From Camelus dromedarius (Eukaryota), in assembly GCF_036321535.1 (NCBI RefSeq), contig NC_087447.1, positions 39,930,001 to 39,994,000 on the forward strand: a stretch of DNA of 64,000 nucleotides, in the 5' to 3' direction. Below, in pieces: positions 48,601 to 62,384 of the stretch. The position numbers were made by a program, and so were the translations under genes. Position 1 is the first letter of the stretch. Each line of letters begins with the position of its first letter. The notes beneath the pieces were generated by a model. It searched no databases, had not been told where the DNA came from, and worked only from the letters and a program-made list of their open reading frames with translations.

Positions 48601-50053
48601 AGTTTCTTAACAGCAGAGCCAGGACTTCAGAGGGAGAGCCTGGTGGCAGGGGTGAGTAGAGGAGCCTGGCAGGAGAAAGGGGCGCTGAACTGGATGGGAA
48701 TGAGAAGACAGAAACACCACCTAGCAGCGGAGTGGGGCCCCGTGTCGTGGTGGCCCCACATAAAGGGAAGGCAACCCAGGAGTCTACCCCGAGGAGCCGC
48801 AATCGTTTTGCAGAGGCCTGGCATGGCCACTGTTCCCCGAGAGGGTCATTTTGGCCCTTCTGCCTCCAGCTGATCTGTAAATGCTGAAGTCCAGCCACCT
48901 GGTGTGGCCATAGCCACAGCGAAGGCAGCAAGCACCACAGAGAAGGACAAGAGGCGAAGGCCAGAGTGGTCCTGGCAGTGGTGCGCAGGACAGAGGAAGG
49001 TGGGGAAGAGGAAACAAAGGAACTTCATAAAGCCTAGTTTATGACTTTGGTGGGAGACTATTCCTCCAAGGGTTTAAAAAGGCACAAATGCCTTTCTAAT
49101 CCTAAAAAGCACGCCGTAAAGGAAAACACAGGCCTGCCTCAACAAGCTCCTTCCTAGCCGAGCCCGTTCTGGGTAGTCAGCTCTGCTGTCAAGCTCAGAA
49201 ATCCATTCTCGGGAATCACAAGAGCCTAGTTCTAATTAATGCAGCCCAGCCCGCAGCCGAGATTGCAATCAAAGCAACGGGAATGCAGAATTTATCCTCG
49301 CTCCTCAGGCTGCAAAATGCCACTCACATCTCCCCTCTGGGGGACAGAGAACTGCTCCCTGTCAGTGTGCTGGCCTTGCCCCCTGCCTTTCCAAACAGGA
49401 TGGAAAAACTGCTTACGTGGTATGATACTTTAACTAGAGGGCACTTGGAAAGTCAGGATGGGAGGGAAGCCTGCACATGAGTCTCGAGGCCAACCGTGGG
49501 TTTATGGAAACGCAAAGCACAGGGCTGACGGCTGCTCAGACCCGAGCCGGGGAGGTAAGGCCAGCTCTTGCTCGGCCCGCCTCCCACTTCTCTATTTTTA
49601 TCTGGGGGATCAGGCGTGTTGGAGAGAAAAGAGGAGGCCTGGTAACAACAGCTTCCCCGTCATTCTTGGTTACTTACATCTGTGGTCAATTTTCCACACT
49701 TTATTCCATAAAAGGTAAACGAGGCACGGTACTTGCAAGAGGATAATCTAAACAATATGAACCATGTTACTGCTAAAGACCATCTGGCTGATCACGCTCA
49801 GCCCCAGACTTTTAACTCCTTGAGGTAAGAAAGATGCCAAACCCAGAGAGGCCGGGCCTTCCTTTGGTCTTTTCCTCCAGAATTTTTCCCTCCCTCTTCA
49901 AGTCAATTAAAACAAAGACCTCTAAGGGTCCTGCCGAGCCTAATATTCTAGGCTAGCTGCTGGTGAAGCTCAGCGAGCTTTGTGAATGAGCAACTTGCAA
50001 AATGCGTCTACCAAATGCCTCTTTCTCTTTAAAAGGAAACATTAAAAGCTTTC

Positions 50054-50079
50054 AAAAAAAAAAAAAAAAAAAAAAAAAA
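50054..50079. repeat. A26 homopolymer
   Basis: Seen directly. Confidence 0.95.
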
Positions 50080-53000
50080 GCCCTACACAACCCAAACTAA
50101 AATGCTCTCAAGTGCTGGGGTTGTTTCCTTCATTTCTGATTCTCCTACTTCAAGCCAAGGGATCATTTACATAATTTTAATTTTAAAAAGCAAATGACAC
50201 TGGAGAAGACACAGTGAAACCCGTGCTTTGCTTTTATTTGGGCTTACACATTTTCTGGCCATCTGTTGTTCAAGAAAGTTGCAAACTCCAGTGAGAGATG
50301 GGAAAATTGGAAATCAGATGGTGTTTTTCATCCTTTGGGTGGGGAGCTGATGATAAGGGATTCCGGGAAAGTTTCAAACGGGGAAGGTCATCACAAAAAT
50401 GAGACTCGGCCCTCCTTGTAAGGTGCAGCATTTCCACCTGCAGGAGGAATTCAGCATTTGACCTAGAGGTTCAAGTGCACTTGATTCTTCCGGTCAGTCA
50501 TTAAGAACGCTAGCTTTCCCCCAGCAACCTCTAAGGGTATGAAAAGTCATCAAAACAATTCGATTTAATACAAAAATGTTTAAAGCCACCCAGTACTGCA
50601 GCATCCCATTAGGGAAGCATCCTCCAGTATCACGGCCACAACAGAACCCTCATTTCTAGCCACGATCTCCTTCTAATCTGTGTAATCCCAGATTAGACCT
50701 ATGCAGTCGGTTTTCTGGAAAAAGGCTTTCAGGGGTCAAGGCAGAACATGAATTCAAACACCACGGCTCTGTCAGGCTTCAACTATGATGTCTAAAGTCA
50801 ACGGTGCTGGGGCGACTACTAATTGCCCCTTTAAAAAGCATTCTGGAAAATCTGGAAAGTGACATACACAGAAAAGGAAGACATAAAAGCCCAAGGGACG
50901 GCCACGTGGCATAATACATGCATGACAGAACGCGGCTCTTGGTTTGTCAAACCCACTTTAAATTCCACCGGCCCAGATGAAGCAGTGGTTCTGTTGTTGT
51001 TGAGTTTATTTTTTGTTGACTTGGCAAACTGCTGCCTTCTTTCTTCTCCCCCTCACCCCTGTCCACCTCACGAGCTGCCTCCTCTGCGTGCACAAAGACA
51101 GTACTGGGCTGAAGGAGTTAATGGTCACCAGGGGAGCCCTTGGGAGACGAAGCTTCATATCCCATGATCATAAATCTCTTTCGAGGCAAGTTTCAACCAG
51201 GACTCAATTCTGCCACAGCTCCCAAAACTCAGCATTCATCTTCAATTACATAAAGTGACATTCACGTCTATTTATACTCTCTTCATTTCCCAACATATTT
51301 ATCTCATGAAATGACACCTGGAAAACACTCCTGTCCTAAACATGCACGTTATTTTTAAAAAAGTTACTGAACCAGGCTGAATAATGTAATTAATAGGCCT
51401 TTTATTGGAATTCACTTTTAATATACATTCTTAAACAGCTGTGGGTAATGTTTTTCGGACAACAGGCTAGAAAGAAAATGAGGGGGAAAAGAAACCCCAT
51501 GACTTCATCATTCCTCAACTGTAGTAGTAATTTCACAATTCAAAGCACAGTAGGAAGCCTTTCATGTTAAATGAAAATATGATTTTATTATGATTCTATG
51601 ATGGGTTATCGATCACATTACAAGTCCTTTGCAAAGCCCTTTCCCTTTGGAGAAATAGTTTCCATCTCTTTTTGAGTTTGGTCAGATGGATAGGAGACCC
51701 CAATGTAAACTTGCACCCTTACCCACTGTTGGACCACAGCCATAGTCAGAACAAGGAAAGCTGGGAATTTCCAACAACTGCAGGGTTGGGATGAGTGCTC
51801 AGGTTTGGACCCACAGCAGAAGAGGAAAAAGTCCCCCAGGGCAAGAGAGGCACTGTGACTCAATGCTGACGGCACAAGTTGAGTAACAAGTAGGTAGAGA
51901 GTAAGGTGGGACATCTGGTGCCATTAGCCTCAGGGTCAAGCACAATAAGGCCCAGCCAGCTGGGTAGAGGGTCAGCATTTGGAAGATCTGATAGATGGTA
52001 AGGCCACAGCCTGAGCAGGGATGCGAGCCTGTCGGGGCAAGTGAGAGCTCACAGGGTTTTAAAGGAACTAAGATGTGGGGATAGATGAGTGACGCCACCT
52101 GCGAACCAGCCAGGGATGGGAAAGGTGGGGCAGGCACATCAGTGAAGGGGCCTCTCCCAATTCTAAGCTGCTGAGTTCTTCTGGCTCAGATCCGGAGGTG
52201 GGGAGTGAGCACACAGGGTGTTTTGTGGCTCAAACTCCGTGATCAAGAGGCTGCGGATGGGAATGACAGTCAGAATACTTAACACTGGGCCACGTCCAGG
52301 CACTGTCCAGTCAGCGTGGGAGCAGACATAGGGGTGCCTGCCGGTGCCAGATTGTGGGAGGGTCCAGCAGGGCCTGGGGAGGGGCAAGCTTGCCCGTGCA
52401 GGGTTGGGGGCACTGGTGGAAACAGCGATTTGCCAACCAGTACCAAAACAAACTGCTGGGAGTCAGCCCCGGGGGAGAAGCAGGCAGGTTATTCGTGCCC
52501 CCCACGTGGTAGTTTCTCCACATCTGTGTGAAAGGGACATTGCTTAAGAAAGGAAAAGAAGGTTGAGGGTGGAGCTTATTTTTGTCCGATTTCTCAATAA
52601 AAATTTGCTTTGCTGATAAAAACTTGTGCTTCTGATATCAGGAATCTTGTCTCTCTGCTCCTGCGGCAGAAAAGAAGGTCACAAACTTCTCTAACCTGTC
52701 GGGCAGGTTTGGGTCTCTTTCAGGAAGTAGGTCAGGAGCCGGTTGTGCAGAACACTGGAGGGCAACTAACCTGACAGCCCCAGTGCTCCATTTGCAACCT
52801 TCCTCCAGGGCCCTTCTTTCTGTGTTTATCTTTAAAGAAAGAGATCATGGAAATGAGTATGAGCTGTGAAGTTGTGAGGGGCTGCATTAAACGTCAACAT
52901 CAGCGTGAGGCATGGGCTTAGGCAAGATCCAGGTCAAACCCCACCCCACCGCACGCTTGGTATCAGATTCTGGAAAGAAATGAGCCTCTCTGTGAGTTTT

Positions 53001-53117
53001 CCTGCTGGAGAGGGCGTGAGCCACAACGGCCTGTATGCCTGGGAAGGGGAAGGCAAAGACAAGTACAGAGTTCCTCCCCAGAGAGGAGGCGTCCACCCTC
53101 ATTAGGAGTGGGGGTAA

Positions 53118-54536
53118 GGAGTCTGTTGGAGCCGGCTTCTATCAACTTTCCATCATTACACCGTCAGGAGCCCATTGTTAAAAACAGCCATTATTAAAAT
53201 TCAAATAAGTACCTGTCATTAAATAAATTATGCTTAAAAATAAGGATAATCAATACTCAAAACTCATCACTTATTCTGTTATCTTGAGATTACTTACATT
53301 TACAGGCTCTGCGTGGTGGGAGAGCCGCACGATGGTGTGCTATATTCTGTATCTCTTCCCAAGCCCACGTTCAAGGCTATCACAAAACTGGCCACCATGG
53401 GGGTGGTACTGACACACTACAAGTATACAAATAGCAAACACTGCAAGTCAGAGCTTGGTTTCTTGTTTTGCTGATTATCTACAGTTAAGAAAGTGATGGA
53501 AAAAACGCCAAAAATGCAGATTAAACTTAGAAGTGAGTCATGTCTATAGTCATTACAGCGTGAATAGTACAAAAAAAAAAAAGAGGAAAATACTACCCTC
53601 ATATTTGAAAACAATTATCTGATTCAGCAAAGAGGTGTTGATGTTGGTGACCGAGTAAGCTCTGACTTCTGTAATGCTGAAGCTGAGAGGGGTTTTGGTT
53701 TAATGAATATAATACAGATCATCTTTGAGTTTTGATGAGGTTACATCCTGATAAACCCACTGTTAAGTGAAAAATACTGAAAGTTGAAAATGCATTCAAT
53801 ACACCTAATCTATCACACATCATAGCTTAGCCTAGCCTTCCTTAAACGTGCTCAGAACACTTACCTTAGCCTACAGTTGTGCAAACTCATCTAATACGAA
53901 GGCTATTTTATAAGAAAGTGTGGAATATCAGTCTGTAACTGATTGAACACTGCACTGTCAGTGAAAACCATTGTGCTGTACGGGCACAGGACGGTTGTGA
54001 GCATGTGGGTGGTTCACCCTCGTGGTCAAGCGGCTGACGGAGCTGCGGCTGCCGCGCTGCCCAGCATCATGAGAGCACTGTACCGCCCATCACCAGCCCA
54101 GGAAAACAGCAGAATTCAACATTCGAAGATGGTTTCTACTGGATGTGTACAGTTTTCACACCACTGTTAAGCTGAAAAATCACAGGTTGAACCATTGCAC
54201 AAGGGTGAAAAATAGTTTAGCGAATCACATATCCGAGTTAATGACAACAAACGCACAGAGAAAGAGTTGGTGGACCGGGATGAAATTCCACGAGTCAAAT
54301 CACGGTTTAACTGCAACCCCAGGCAAGCTATGGAGAACACAACAGAAAAGTCAACAAAAACATTCTGTGGGAATCAACTGGCTCATGGAATTTACAAGAA
54401 AGAGTATTACTGTTGTTTGTGAATCCTGTATGTACTGAAGATCCTGCGTATCAGTAAGACTTAAATATATACATGCACTCAAACAGATGCTTTTTCTGGA
54501 GAGCTGGTTGTTAAATATTTACCAGCACACAACTGA
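53118..54536 (+). mobile_element. MER63-like hAT-Blackjack element, interrupted by a Tigger-derived MITE
   Basis: Left end ctgttggagccggctt; right end ttttttctggagagctggttgttaaatatttaccagcacacaactg; internal aatactcaaaactcatcactt. Confidence 0.75.
53714..54205 (+). mobile_element. MER47/Tigger5b-type TcMar-Tigger MITE
   Basis: ta|cagat...ggttacatcctgataaaccca...gaaaatgcattcaatacacctaa...catcatagcttagcctagccttccttaaacgtgctcagaacacttac...gttgaaccattg. Confidence 0.85.
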
Positions 54537-56839
54537 ATAAGGGGTCTGCAAACTCATGCCTTGGGGAAGGGTTTTTCCTCCCCATTACCACTGCCAAAGG
54601 GTTAAAGGGCCAGCACTTTTTTTTTAAGACTAGGAACCTGATTAGGTTCTGGATGAATACATATCATTCTCTCCCTACCAGCTCACAGAATTTAGTCCTC
54701 CTCTAAATTCCTGAGGCTCCTTCTGTTATTATTCACTTGGCACTTAACAAATGCTACCCCTATATTGACTTTTCAGTTTACAACCTTTTAAATTAATGCC
54801 CCATCTCGTTTTAGGACAAAGGTCAGTCTCAGAAGCTTTCATTGTGCCTTTTAAAGGTGCCAGCATGAAGTAGGTGCTCAAATATGTCTCCCTTCAGTTA
54901 GTCAACAGGTCAACATATGTTCCTGGAGTCTGACCTCTGCATCAGACTCTTTGCCAACCCAGGGATTCTAAGATGTAAGAACAACTTGTCTGTCCTCAAG
55001 GATCTCACACGTTCGTAATGATGATGGTGATGGTGATGTGATGACAGCCAGGGCTTGCTAAGTACCAAATGTACCAGATGCAATGCCAGGGACTGTGCAT
55101 ATAATATCTGCACATACCAGTATCTGTGAAGATGGACTATCCAGAAAAGGTGCCTCGGATGGTACCTTGGCCATCTCAGTCCTCAGCAGCTCCCTCTGTC
55201 CTGGCTTCGTCGTGTCGAATACACACGTGAGTGCATGAAGGAATGATTGAATGGCCTGCTCTTAGCATCTAGTTGTCCATCCTCTCTGCTGCTTCTTGTC
55301 TTCCTTCTGCTTACCTTCCTTTCCTTCACAAGTGGGACTCTGTACGGAAAAGGAAACTGGAGAGGCCTGAACCTGATATACGAAAGCAAGACTGCTTTCC
55401 TAAAGCATCGTAATCAAGTGATGCCTGGTGCATGTGGCTCAAGATTCCATTTTTTGCCCAACTTCTCTGCTCACCTTCTGCCAATATTCTGCAAGTCTCC
55501 CAGGTGCCCTCATAGAAAGCAACTGGTACCAGATACAAGGGCTGCTCCCTCTCTAGGGGAGGCCCCACAGGCCGGTCGTGAGCCCTGACCCAGGCGTTAA
55601 GTTTTCCACAGCTAGGAAGACTGCTCCCGGGATGAGGGAGGCTTGGAGCAGCCGCCCTCCGGAGTTCTACCTGCTCCCGCCCTGTCCCTGTCGGAGCTGC
55701 TGGGGCACACACCTCGACAGACACAGTCCTGCTCGCTGGAAACCAGAAACAGCTTTCCTCCCGTCTCAGCTGGAGAACCTGGTGGTAACTGACTTCCCAC
55801 CACTATCATTCACCTTGTCTCAAGAAAATAAAGGTAACACAGCAGCTGTATTTGAGGTTTTTACCTAAAAGTTTACAACCTAGATTCGCCCACAGATGCT
55901 TCCTTCTAATTATGTTCAGCCTACTTGATAATCCACATGATAAAAGTTTCTAGATGATTTTTATGCTTTTATGGTCCAAAACCTGCTTTTTTAAAATGTG
56001 CCTGTTGTAGAAAAATGTCTAAAGCAGATTGAACTCATCCCTGTTCTCTTCAGCAGAAAAGGCTGAACATAACGTAACCGTTGCTTCCACTACTGCAAAG
56101 CCATCAGTCCTGCTGGTAATTGTCGCTTTGGGCTAAAATAACCAGGTATACATGTTGATGATTTTATTTTTCTTCCCCAGGAAGGGATTTGAACAGAGTC
56201 ATACAGACTTCAACAGACAGGGAAAGAAGAGGGGAAAAAAGAAAGATGGGCCCCACGGAAGGGAACAGATCTCATGTCAGACCTCATGACAATAAATTGT
56301 TGACCAATTTCATTATCTCACTCGACTTAAGCAGTTATCTGTTTCAGCCTGGTTAGCTAATTTAGCAAGGAGTTGTAAATAATATTCCACACAAATGATA
56401 TATACATTTCTTTTATAATAATTATCATATTTCCTTTCTCACTTCTTTTCTTTCTTTCCACTGTATCAATTAAAACAAAACAAAAAATTTGTTTTATTAG
56501 TCTGACTTGCATTTGATTTCTGATCCTGTTTTTATTTCCTTTTCATGCTATGCTTTGGTTACTTTGTTTCTTTTCTAAATTCTTTAAAACAAGACTTCAG
56601 AGCCTTTTTAAAAATCTAAATAAATCAGATATATTTATTCCCTTATACCGTATTTCCCTTTCTCTCCTCTTGCCCTGATCCCAAAATACTGATTTCTCCC
56701 AAATTACAGAGCTGCCCCGGTCCAAGTTGTAACCTCTCACGTGGACTGCTGAAAGAGCCCCCTGACTCATCTGCCTGCTCCTGCGATGCCCAACTCCATC
56801 AGCCACACAGCGGCCAAGTGACCTTGTGGCAAGGCCACC

Positions 56840-57080
56840 CAGTGGTCAGAGTTTGGGCTCTGAAGGCTCAAGACAACCTGTTTATATACTGGCCCCTTCA
56901 CAAACATTCTGTGTGACTCCAGGCTAGTTGCTTAACATCTCTGGGCCTTGGTTTCCTCAACTGGAAAATGGGCATATTAAAAGTATCTACATCATATGGA
57001 TGTTCTCAGTATTAAATAAGATAACATATGTATATTGCTTGGAGCAGTACTAGGCACATGTACTGACTTAGAAAATTCTC
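56840..57080 (+). mobile_element. MIR SINE
   Basis: gttgcttaacatctctgggccttggtttcctcaactggaaaatgggcata...gtattaaataagataacatatgta...ggcacatg. Confidence 0.8.
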
Positions 57081-57109
57081 TTAAAATGTACATTAGTCCA
57101 AATACCCAA

Positions 57110-57590
57110 CCCTGGACTATAAGTGCCCTTTGGATCTCAGTCTGCATCAACATGTCAATTCCTCCCTTGTTCACCATGCTCTAGTCACACACTGGCCTTT
57201 GTTTCTTGAACCCACTCAGCTCTTTCACACCTCTGGGCCTTTGCACATGCTGTTCCCTCTGCCTGGCTTCTTTACTTGGCTTCACTTGTCTAACGACCCA
57301 TCCTTCAGCTCTCAGCTTAAACGTTACTTCCTAATCTGACCATGGCCCTGATCGACTACCCAAACTGACTTTAATTGTCCATGTCCTTCTCTTTTCTTTA
57401 GAGCACTTTGCACAATGTGTAATTATGTATATGTTGTTTTTCTGGCTTAATATTAATCTCCCTACTAGACTGTGAACACCATGAAGCCAGGGACCATGTT
57501 TATTTTGTTCAATCCTATATCTCCCATACCTAGCACATGGGAAGGAACACAACTTATCTCTTGAGTGAAGGGGAAACAGCGACTGAATTA
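57110..57590 (+). mobile_element. L2 3' fragment
   Basis: cacctctgggcctttgcacatgctgttccctctgcctgg...tcccactagactgtgaac-like...gggaccatgtttattttgttc. Confidence 0.8.
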
Positions 57591-58902
57591 AGAAACTTGG
57601 AAGATGTGTATGTTCCTTTACAGAAACCCCTTTGCCTTTTTCTCTTAGTAGGTTATACTAGTTTACTAAAGCTAATCAAACCTGCCCTAGGCCACAGATT
57701 TCACTGGCTTTGCCTGGTAATTAAGTGAGAATCCTTAATTTATCAAAACATTTATTCAATAAGTATCTCTTAATGTCAGCCACATACATAGCACTACATC
57801 CTGGGCTCTGCTAATCAAAAGAAACAGAAGATGTGAAATCTCCCTCCACTCCCACCCCTACAGGGATATTAGACATATTACATGTACACAGTAACACATA
57901 AGATAATTAGATAATATGACAAGGCTATGGATAATTATTTGCCAAAAAGAATGACACATTCAAAGAATACGTTAAGATGAGCACAGAAAGAAATCACTCA
58001 GGGGAAATTAGAAAGACAGGAACTTTGGGTGGGTCCTCAGGGTGAATGAGAGGTGCAGAGGAAAAGGGCATTCTCTGCAAGAGAAAATCAGAGTTGGGAA
58101 GAGGTCCTGGGGTGGTGAGATGAGAAGCCTGGCCTGGTGATTCCTGTTGGGCAGTCCAGTGGGGGACACTGAAGGGTGGGCGGAGGCCTTGAAGAATTCA
58201 GTGAAGAGGGGATGTGAAAAATCCGTCTCCTTTTTGATGGTCAATGTCATGTTCACCTTGTCATCCAGCACTTTGCCTAGGGTTTCAAAGGAAGTTTACA
58301 TTCAACAGTGCTTGCTAAACTAATTATGTTGAATAAAAAATTTAAAATATGAATAGATTCATATCAGAGGAACTATTAGGGAAATTTTTGCCCCCTCCAT
58401 ATATCTCTAAAAGAAATCCATCATGGATTCTCAGGGGAACATCTATAAATTTTCAAATACCAGTTACATAAATGATTTCAAAATACAGACAAAACTATGT
58501 TATACAATTCATGCTAGAAAGTAAGATCTTGATTGAAAATACCCGATGAGGACAACATTGTGAGGAAGGGAGGTTGTGAAATTATAAGACTACCTTATTC
58601 AAGAATGTGGTTTAATAAATCACAAATAATATCCTACAGACAGAAAGGGAAAATGTTTCAAAAACAAACAATATGAGCTATCCTACAAACACAGAGCTAG
58701 CACTACATGGGGAAACTATGAGGATGGTTCAACACTTTGACAGAAAAAAATCTACTTTTAAATGTAAGCATTATTTTGGTGGATGCTGAGAAGGCCATCA
58801 GTAACATTCAGCATTAAAGAGAGGATGTATTCCTTAAAATTAAAAAGATGATAGATTTGAATCTGAGTTTCAATATTATTCCCAGTGCGGAGATCCTAAA
58901 TG

Positions 58903-59110
58903 GGTGCTATCCATTCACACTTTCTGCAGTGATGGAAATCTGTCTTCCTGCACTGCCCAGTAGAGTAGCAACTAGTCACGCATAGCTTATCTCACACTTA
59001 AATGTGGCTAATGCGACTGAGAAACCAAATTTTTAATCTTACTTAATTTTGAGTTTATTTGAATTTAAACAGCCACCAGAGGCTAGGAGCTACTGTAGTG
59101 GACAGTGCAG
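58903..59110 (+). mobile_element. MER3-like MITE
   Basis: actttctgcagtgatggaaat...aaatgtggctaatgcgactgagaaaccaaatttttaat...gctactgtagtggacagtgcag. Confidence 0.85.
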
Positions 59111-60749
59111 TCCCGGGGGCTTTACTTTGCAAACACAGGCAGAAGTCTAAGATGCTCCTCTCAGCGCTCCTACTGGAGGCAACAGCAGAAAAGATTGCAG
59201 GACAAGATGAAAAAGAAATAGAGAATAAAGTGTAGGAAAGGCAGAAATAGAAACATCACTTTTTTGCAGATGACATAACAGTGCAAATAGAAAATGCAAG
59301 AACCACCAAGTGCGTACCAAAAATGTAAAGCTAGAAAAAGCAACAAAAAATGGTTCTAGTCCCAACAGTGAAAAAAATAGAACACTTAAGATTCTACATA
59401 TCTAGATAAATAAGTTATATTAATGAAGTAAGAATTATAAAATGGGAAGAAAAATAAAGAAATACCTAAAGTTAGAGCCACTGTTCCTGACTTGGAAAAT
59501 TTAGGGTAATATCAGCATCATTCGCCCATAAAACAAAAAACAGACGAACGTAAGAACAACTGAATTCCTGCTAGAATGCCCCAGAATGTGACAAATCACT
59601 GGAAAAACTAGTAAGGAAAAGTAAATACACAATCATACCAAAGATTGGAGGAGGATGTAATAATCACATTTAAGGATATATTATAAAGTGATCTTCATCA
59701 AAACTGAATTTTGTTGGATCAAGGTCAGGACAAAGACTCTAATAAAATAGTGATTCCAGAGATGAATTTAAGCACATAAAAGTCCCTAGGATACAGCAAA
59801 CGAACAAAAAAACAGAACTAAGAATCACCATAATGGATGACAGAATCACCATGGAATAAATGCTGGTGGGACAATCTGGTATCAATATGAAGAAAAGTAG
59901 ATTATACCCATAACTTACCAAATATGGTAATATTTTCCAAATTGGTCAATGAACTAATTAAACACAGGGAGAATTTTTTTTAAAGCATATTTATCCCAGC
60001 TGCAGCAGAGATGACTTCATGACTATTGACAAGCTAAATAGTATTATAAGGAAGAGGAAGGTGGATTCAAGTATTTTAAAGTCTATTTAAATATTTCAAA
60101 TATTTTAAAGTCTCTTTAATAAAAACAATACAAATATAAAGGGAGCAAAAGACAGTTTTAAATTATGATAGATATAATGGATAGATATTTACGATCCAAA
60201 ATAGGAATGAAGTCTTATATTGTGATATAAACACACTGTCATCAGTAATGACACCCTATCTAACCAATGGCTAGCGAGGGAAAAGAAAGAGGGAGAGAGG
60301 GAAAGAACGTTAACCAGCAGTAACCCGGGCCAGGCACTTTATGTACATGCTCTTTGCCCCCTGGAAATGTATATGATAAACCAACACATGGGAAAATGTT
60401 CCACCTCACTAATAATTTAAGAAATAGGAATCAAAATAACTGTATACCTTTAAGAACAGTGTAAGAGACAGTGATAGAATGATACTGGCAGAGCTGTTGG
60501 AAACAGGCGTGCTCAACCACTGCTGGGGGCCCTGTAAACTCCTCCAGTATTTCTGCAGGCTGTCTGACGACACGGAACAAGAGCTATAAAATGTTTGATC
60601 CTTAATTCTTCTTTGGAACTATATTCCCAAGGGAAAACTCAAAAGGAAAAGAGAGGCAGAAAGAAAGAAACTAAGCAATGTGAACAAAGTTTCTAACAGT
60701 GTATTAATAAAAACCAAAATTGAATCGGTTTAAATATCCAGTCACTGGC

Positions 60750-61697
60750 AACAGATGGCCAATAGGCACATGAAAAGATGCTCAATATCTCTAACTAACA
60801 GAGAAGTGCAAATCAAAACCACAATGAGGTATCACCTCACACAGGTCAGAATGGCCATCATCAAAAAGTCTACAGATAATGAATGCTGGAGAGGGTGTGT
60901 CCTACATTGCTGGTGGGAACGTAAATTGGTGCAGCCACTATGGAAAGCAGTATGGAGGTTCCTTAAAAAACTAAAAACAGCGTTACCATATGATCCAGCA
61001 ATCCCATTCCTGGGCCTATAACTGGACAAAACTCTAATTTGAAAAGATACATCCACCCCAGTGTTCACAGCAGCACTATTTACAATAGCCGAGACATAGA
61101 ACCAACCAAAATGTCCATCAACAGATGAATGCACAAAGATGTGGTATATATATATACATACACACACACAATGGAATCTTAGTCATAAAAAAAGAATGAA
61201 ATAACGCCATTTGCAGCAACATGGATGGGTCTAGAGATTATCATACTAAGTGAAGTAAGTCAGACAAAGACAAATATCAGATGACATCACTTGTATGTGC
61301 AATTCTAAAAAATTATACCAATGAACATATTAAAACAGAAACAGACTCACAGATGTAGAAAACAAACTTATGGCTACCAAAGGGGAAAGAACAAATTAAA
61401 AGTCTGGGATTAGCAGATACACACTACTGTATATAAAACAGATCAACAAGGTCCTACTGTATATAGCACAGGGAACTACAGTCAATATCTTGTAATAAAT
61501 TAAAACAGAAAAGAATCTGGAAAAGAAGACATATATTCTGAATAAGTATGCTGTATGTATGTATGTGTGTGTGTGTATATATATATACACAAATAAAACT
61601 CAATATATATATTCTAAATAACTGAATAACTATGCTGTGTACCAGAAACTAACAAAACATTGTAAATCAACTGTACTTCAATAAAAAATAAGTAAAT
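60750..61697 (+). mobile_element. 5'-truncated lineage-specific L1 (about 0.95 kb; ORF2 end plus 3' UTR) with near-perfect TSD
   Basis: ORF 60755..61021 ([13 protein letters not shown]...[14 protein letters not shown]...) is the L1 ORF2 C-terminus; TSD aaatatccagtcac (60732-60745) / aaatgtccagtcac (61698-61711). Confidence 0.92.
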
Positions 61698-62384
61698 AAA
61701 TGTCCAGTCACGGGGAAACAGGTTAAGTAAATTCAGTATAGTAATTCATTGGGATTCTATGAAGTTATTAAAACCTGTAAGTGATCATGTAAATAGATCA
61801 ATGGATAGAAATGTAAATACGGAACAATTTTTAAGCTAAAAAAAAGTACAAGAATATTCAATGCGAGCACACTCCCATTTAGGGAAAGAATCTGATAAAT
61901 GTAGTCGGAGTCCCCACATCCTACACTCTCTCTAGGAAAGCTCATTCATTCTCATGGTTTAATGGCCACCAGCACCAACCTGCCCCCCACCCCCATCCTG
62001 AATTCTAGTCCCATGTCTTGGCCTAGATTTCCTAACAAGGCTGAGATGCCTGTGATCCCTCTGTCACCATGCTTGAATGCCCCTGTCTGTGCCACTCTCT
62101 GTAGCTGAATCAGATCCTCAGCCGTCCCTCTTGCCAGCCCATCTCCCTGACCATTTCACGTCAATCAATCCATAATGGCAAACACCTGAGTCCATCAAGA
62201 TACAACACATCGTAAACTCAGGAAAATACCACCCCTCAGAGCCGGTACAGATTCATAAATACCAAAAAGGAAAAAAAAAAGTCCTTAACAAGTTGATATG
62301 AACAGATGGTTGACTGCCGCTTGTGTGACCGTTGAGGGAAAGAGGAATTTAAGACCTCCTTCCAGTCCTTGCTGGGAGCAGTGG

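Larger units (their letters stand above)
58530..61860 (+). mobile_element. very old, fragmented L1 (L1ME/L1M5-type) hosting a MER3 and a younger L1
   Basis: A-rich decayed ORF2-like segments (gatgctgagaaggcc, tcacttttttgcagatgacat, aataaatgctggtgggacaa, aaatgttccacctcactaataatttaagaaat). Confidence 0.6.

Noticed and set aside
50044..50085. A26 run as a solo retrotransposed polyA or a cryptic acceptor (T26-GAAAG on the sense strand)
   Set aside because: Only a 6-nt flanking match (aaaagc) and no good downstream donor; simple homopolymer expansion is enough.
2757..56770. Scattered TGA(C/G)TCA AP-1 sites
   Set aside because: About ten copies in 64 kb is near random expectation for a 7-mer, with no clear clustering.
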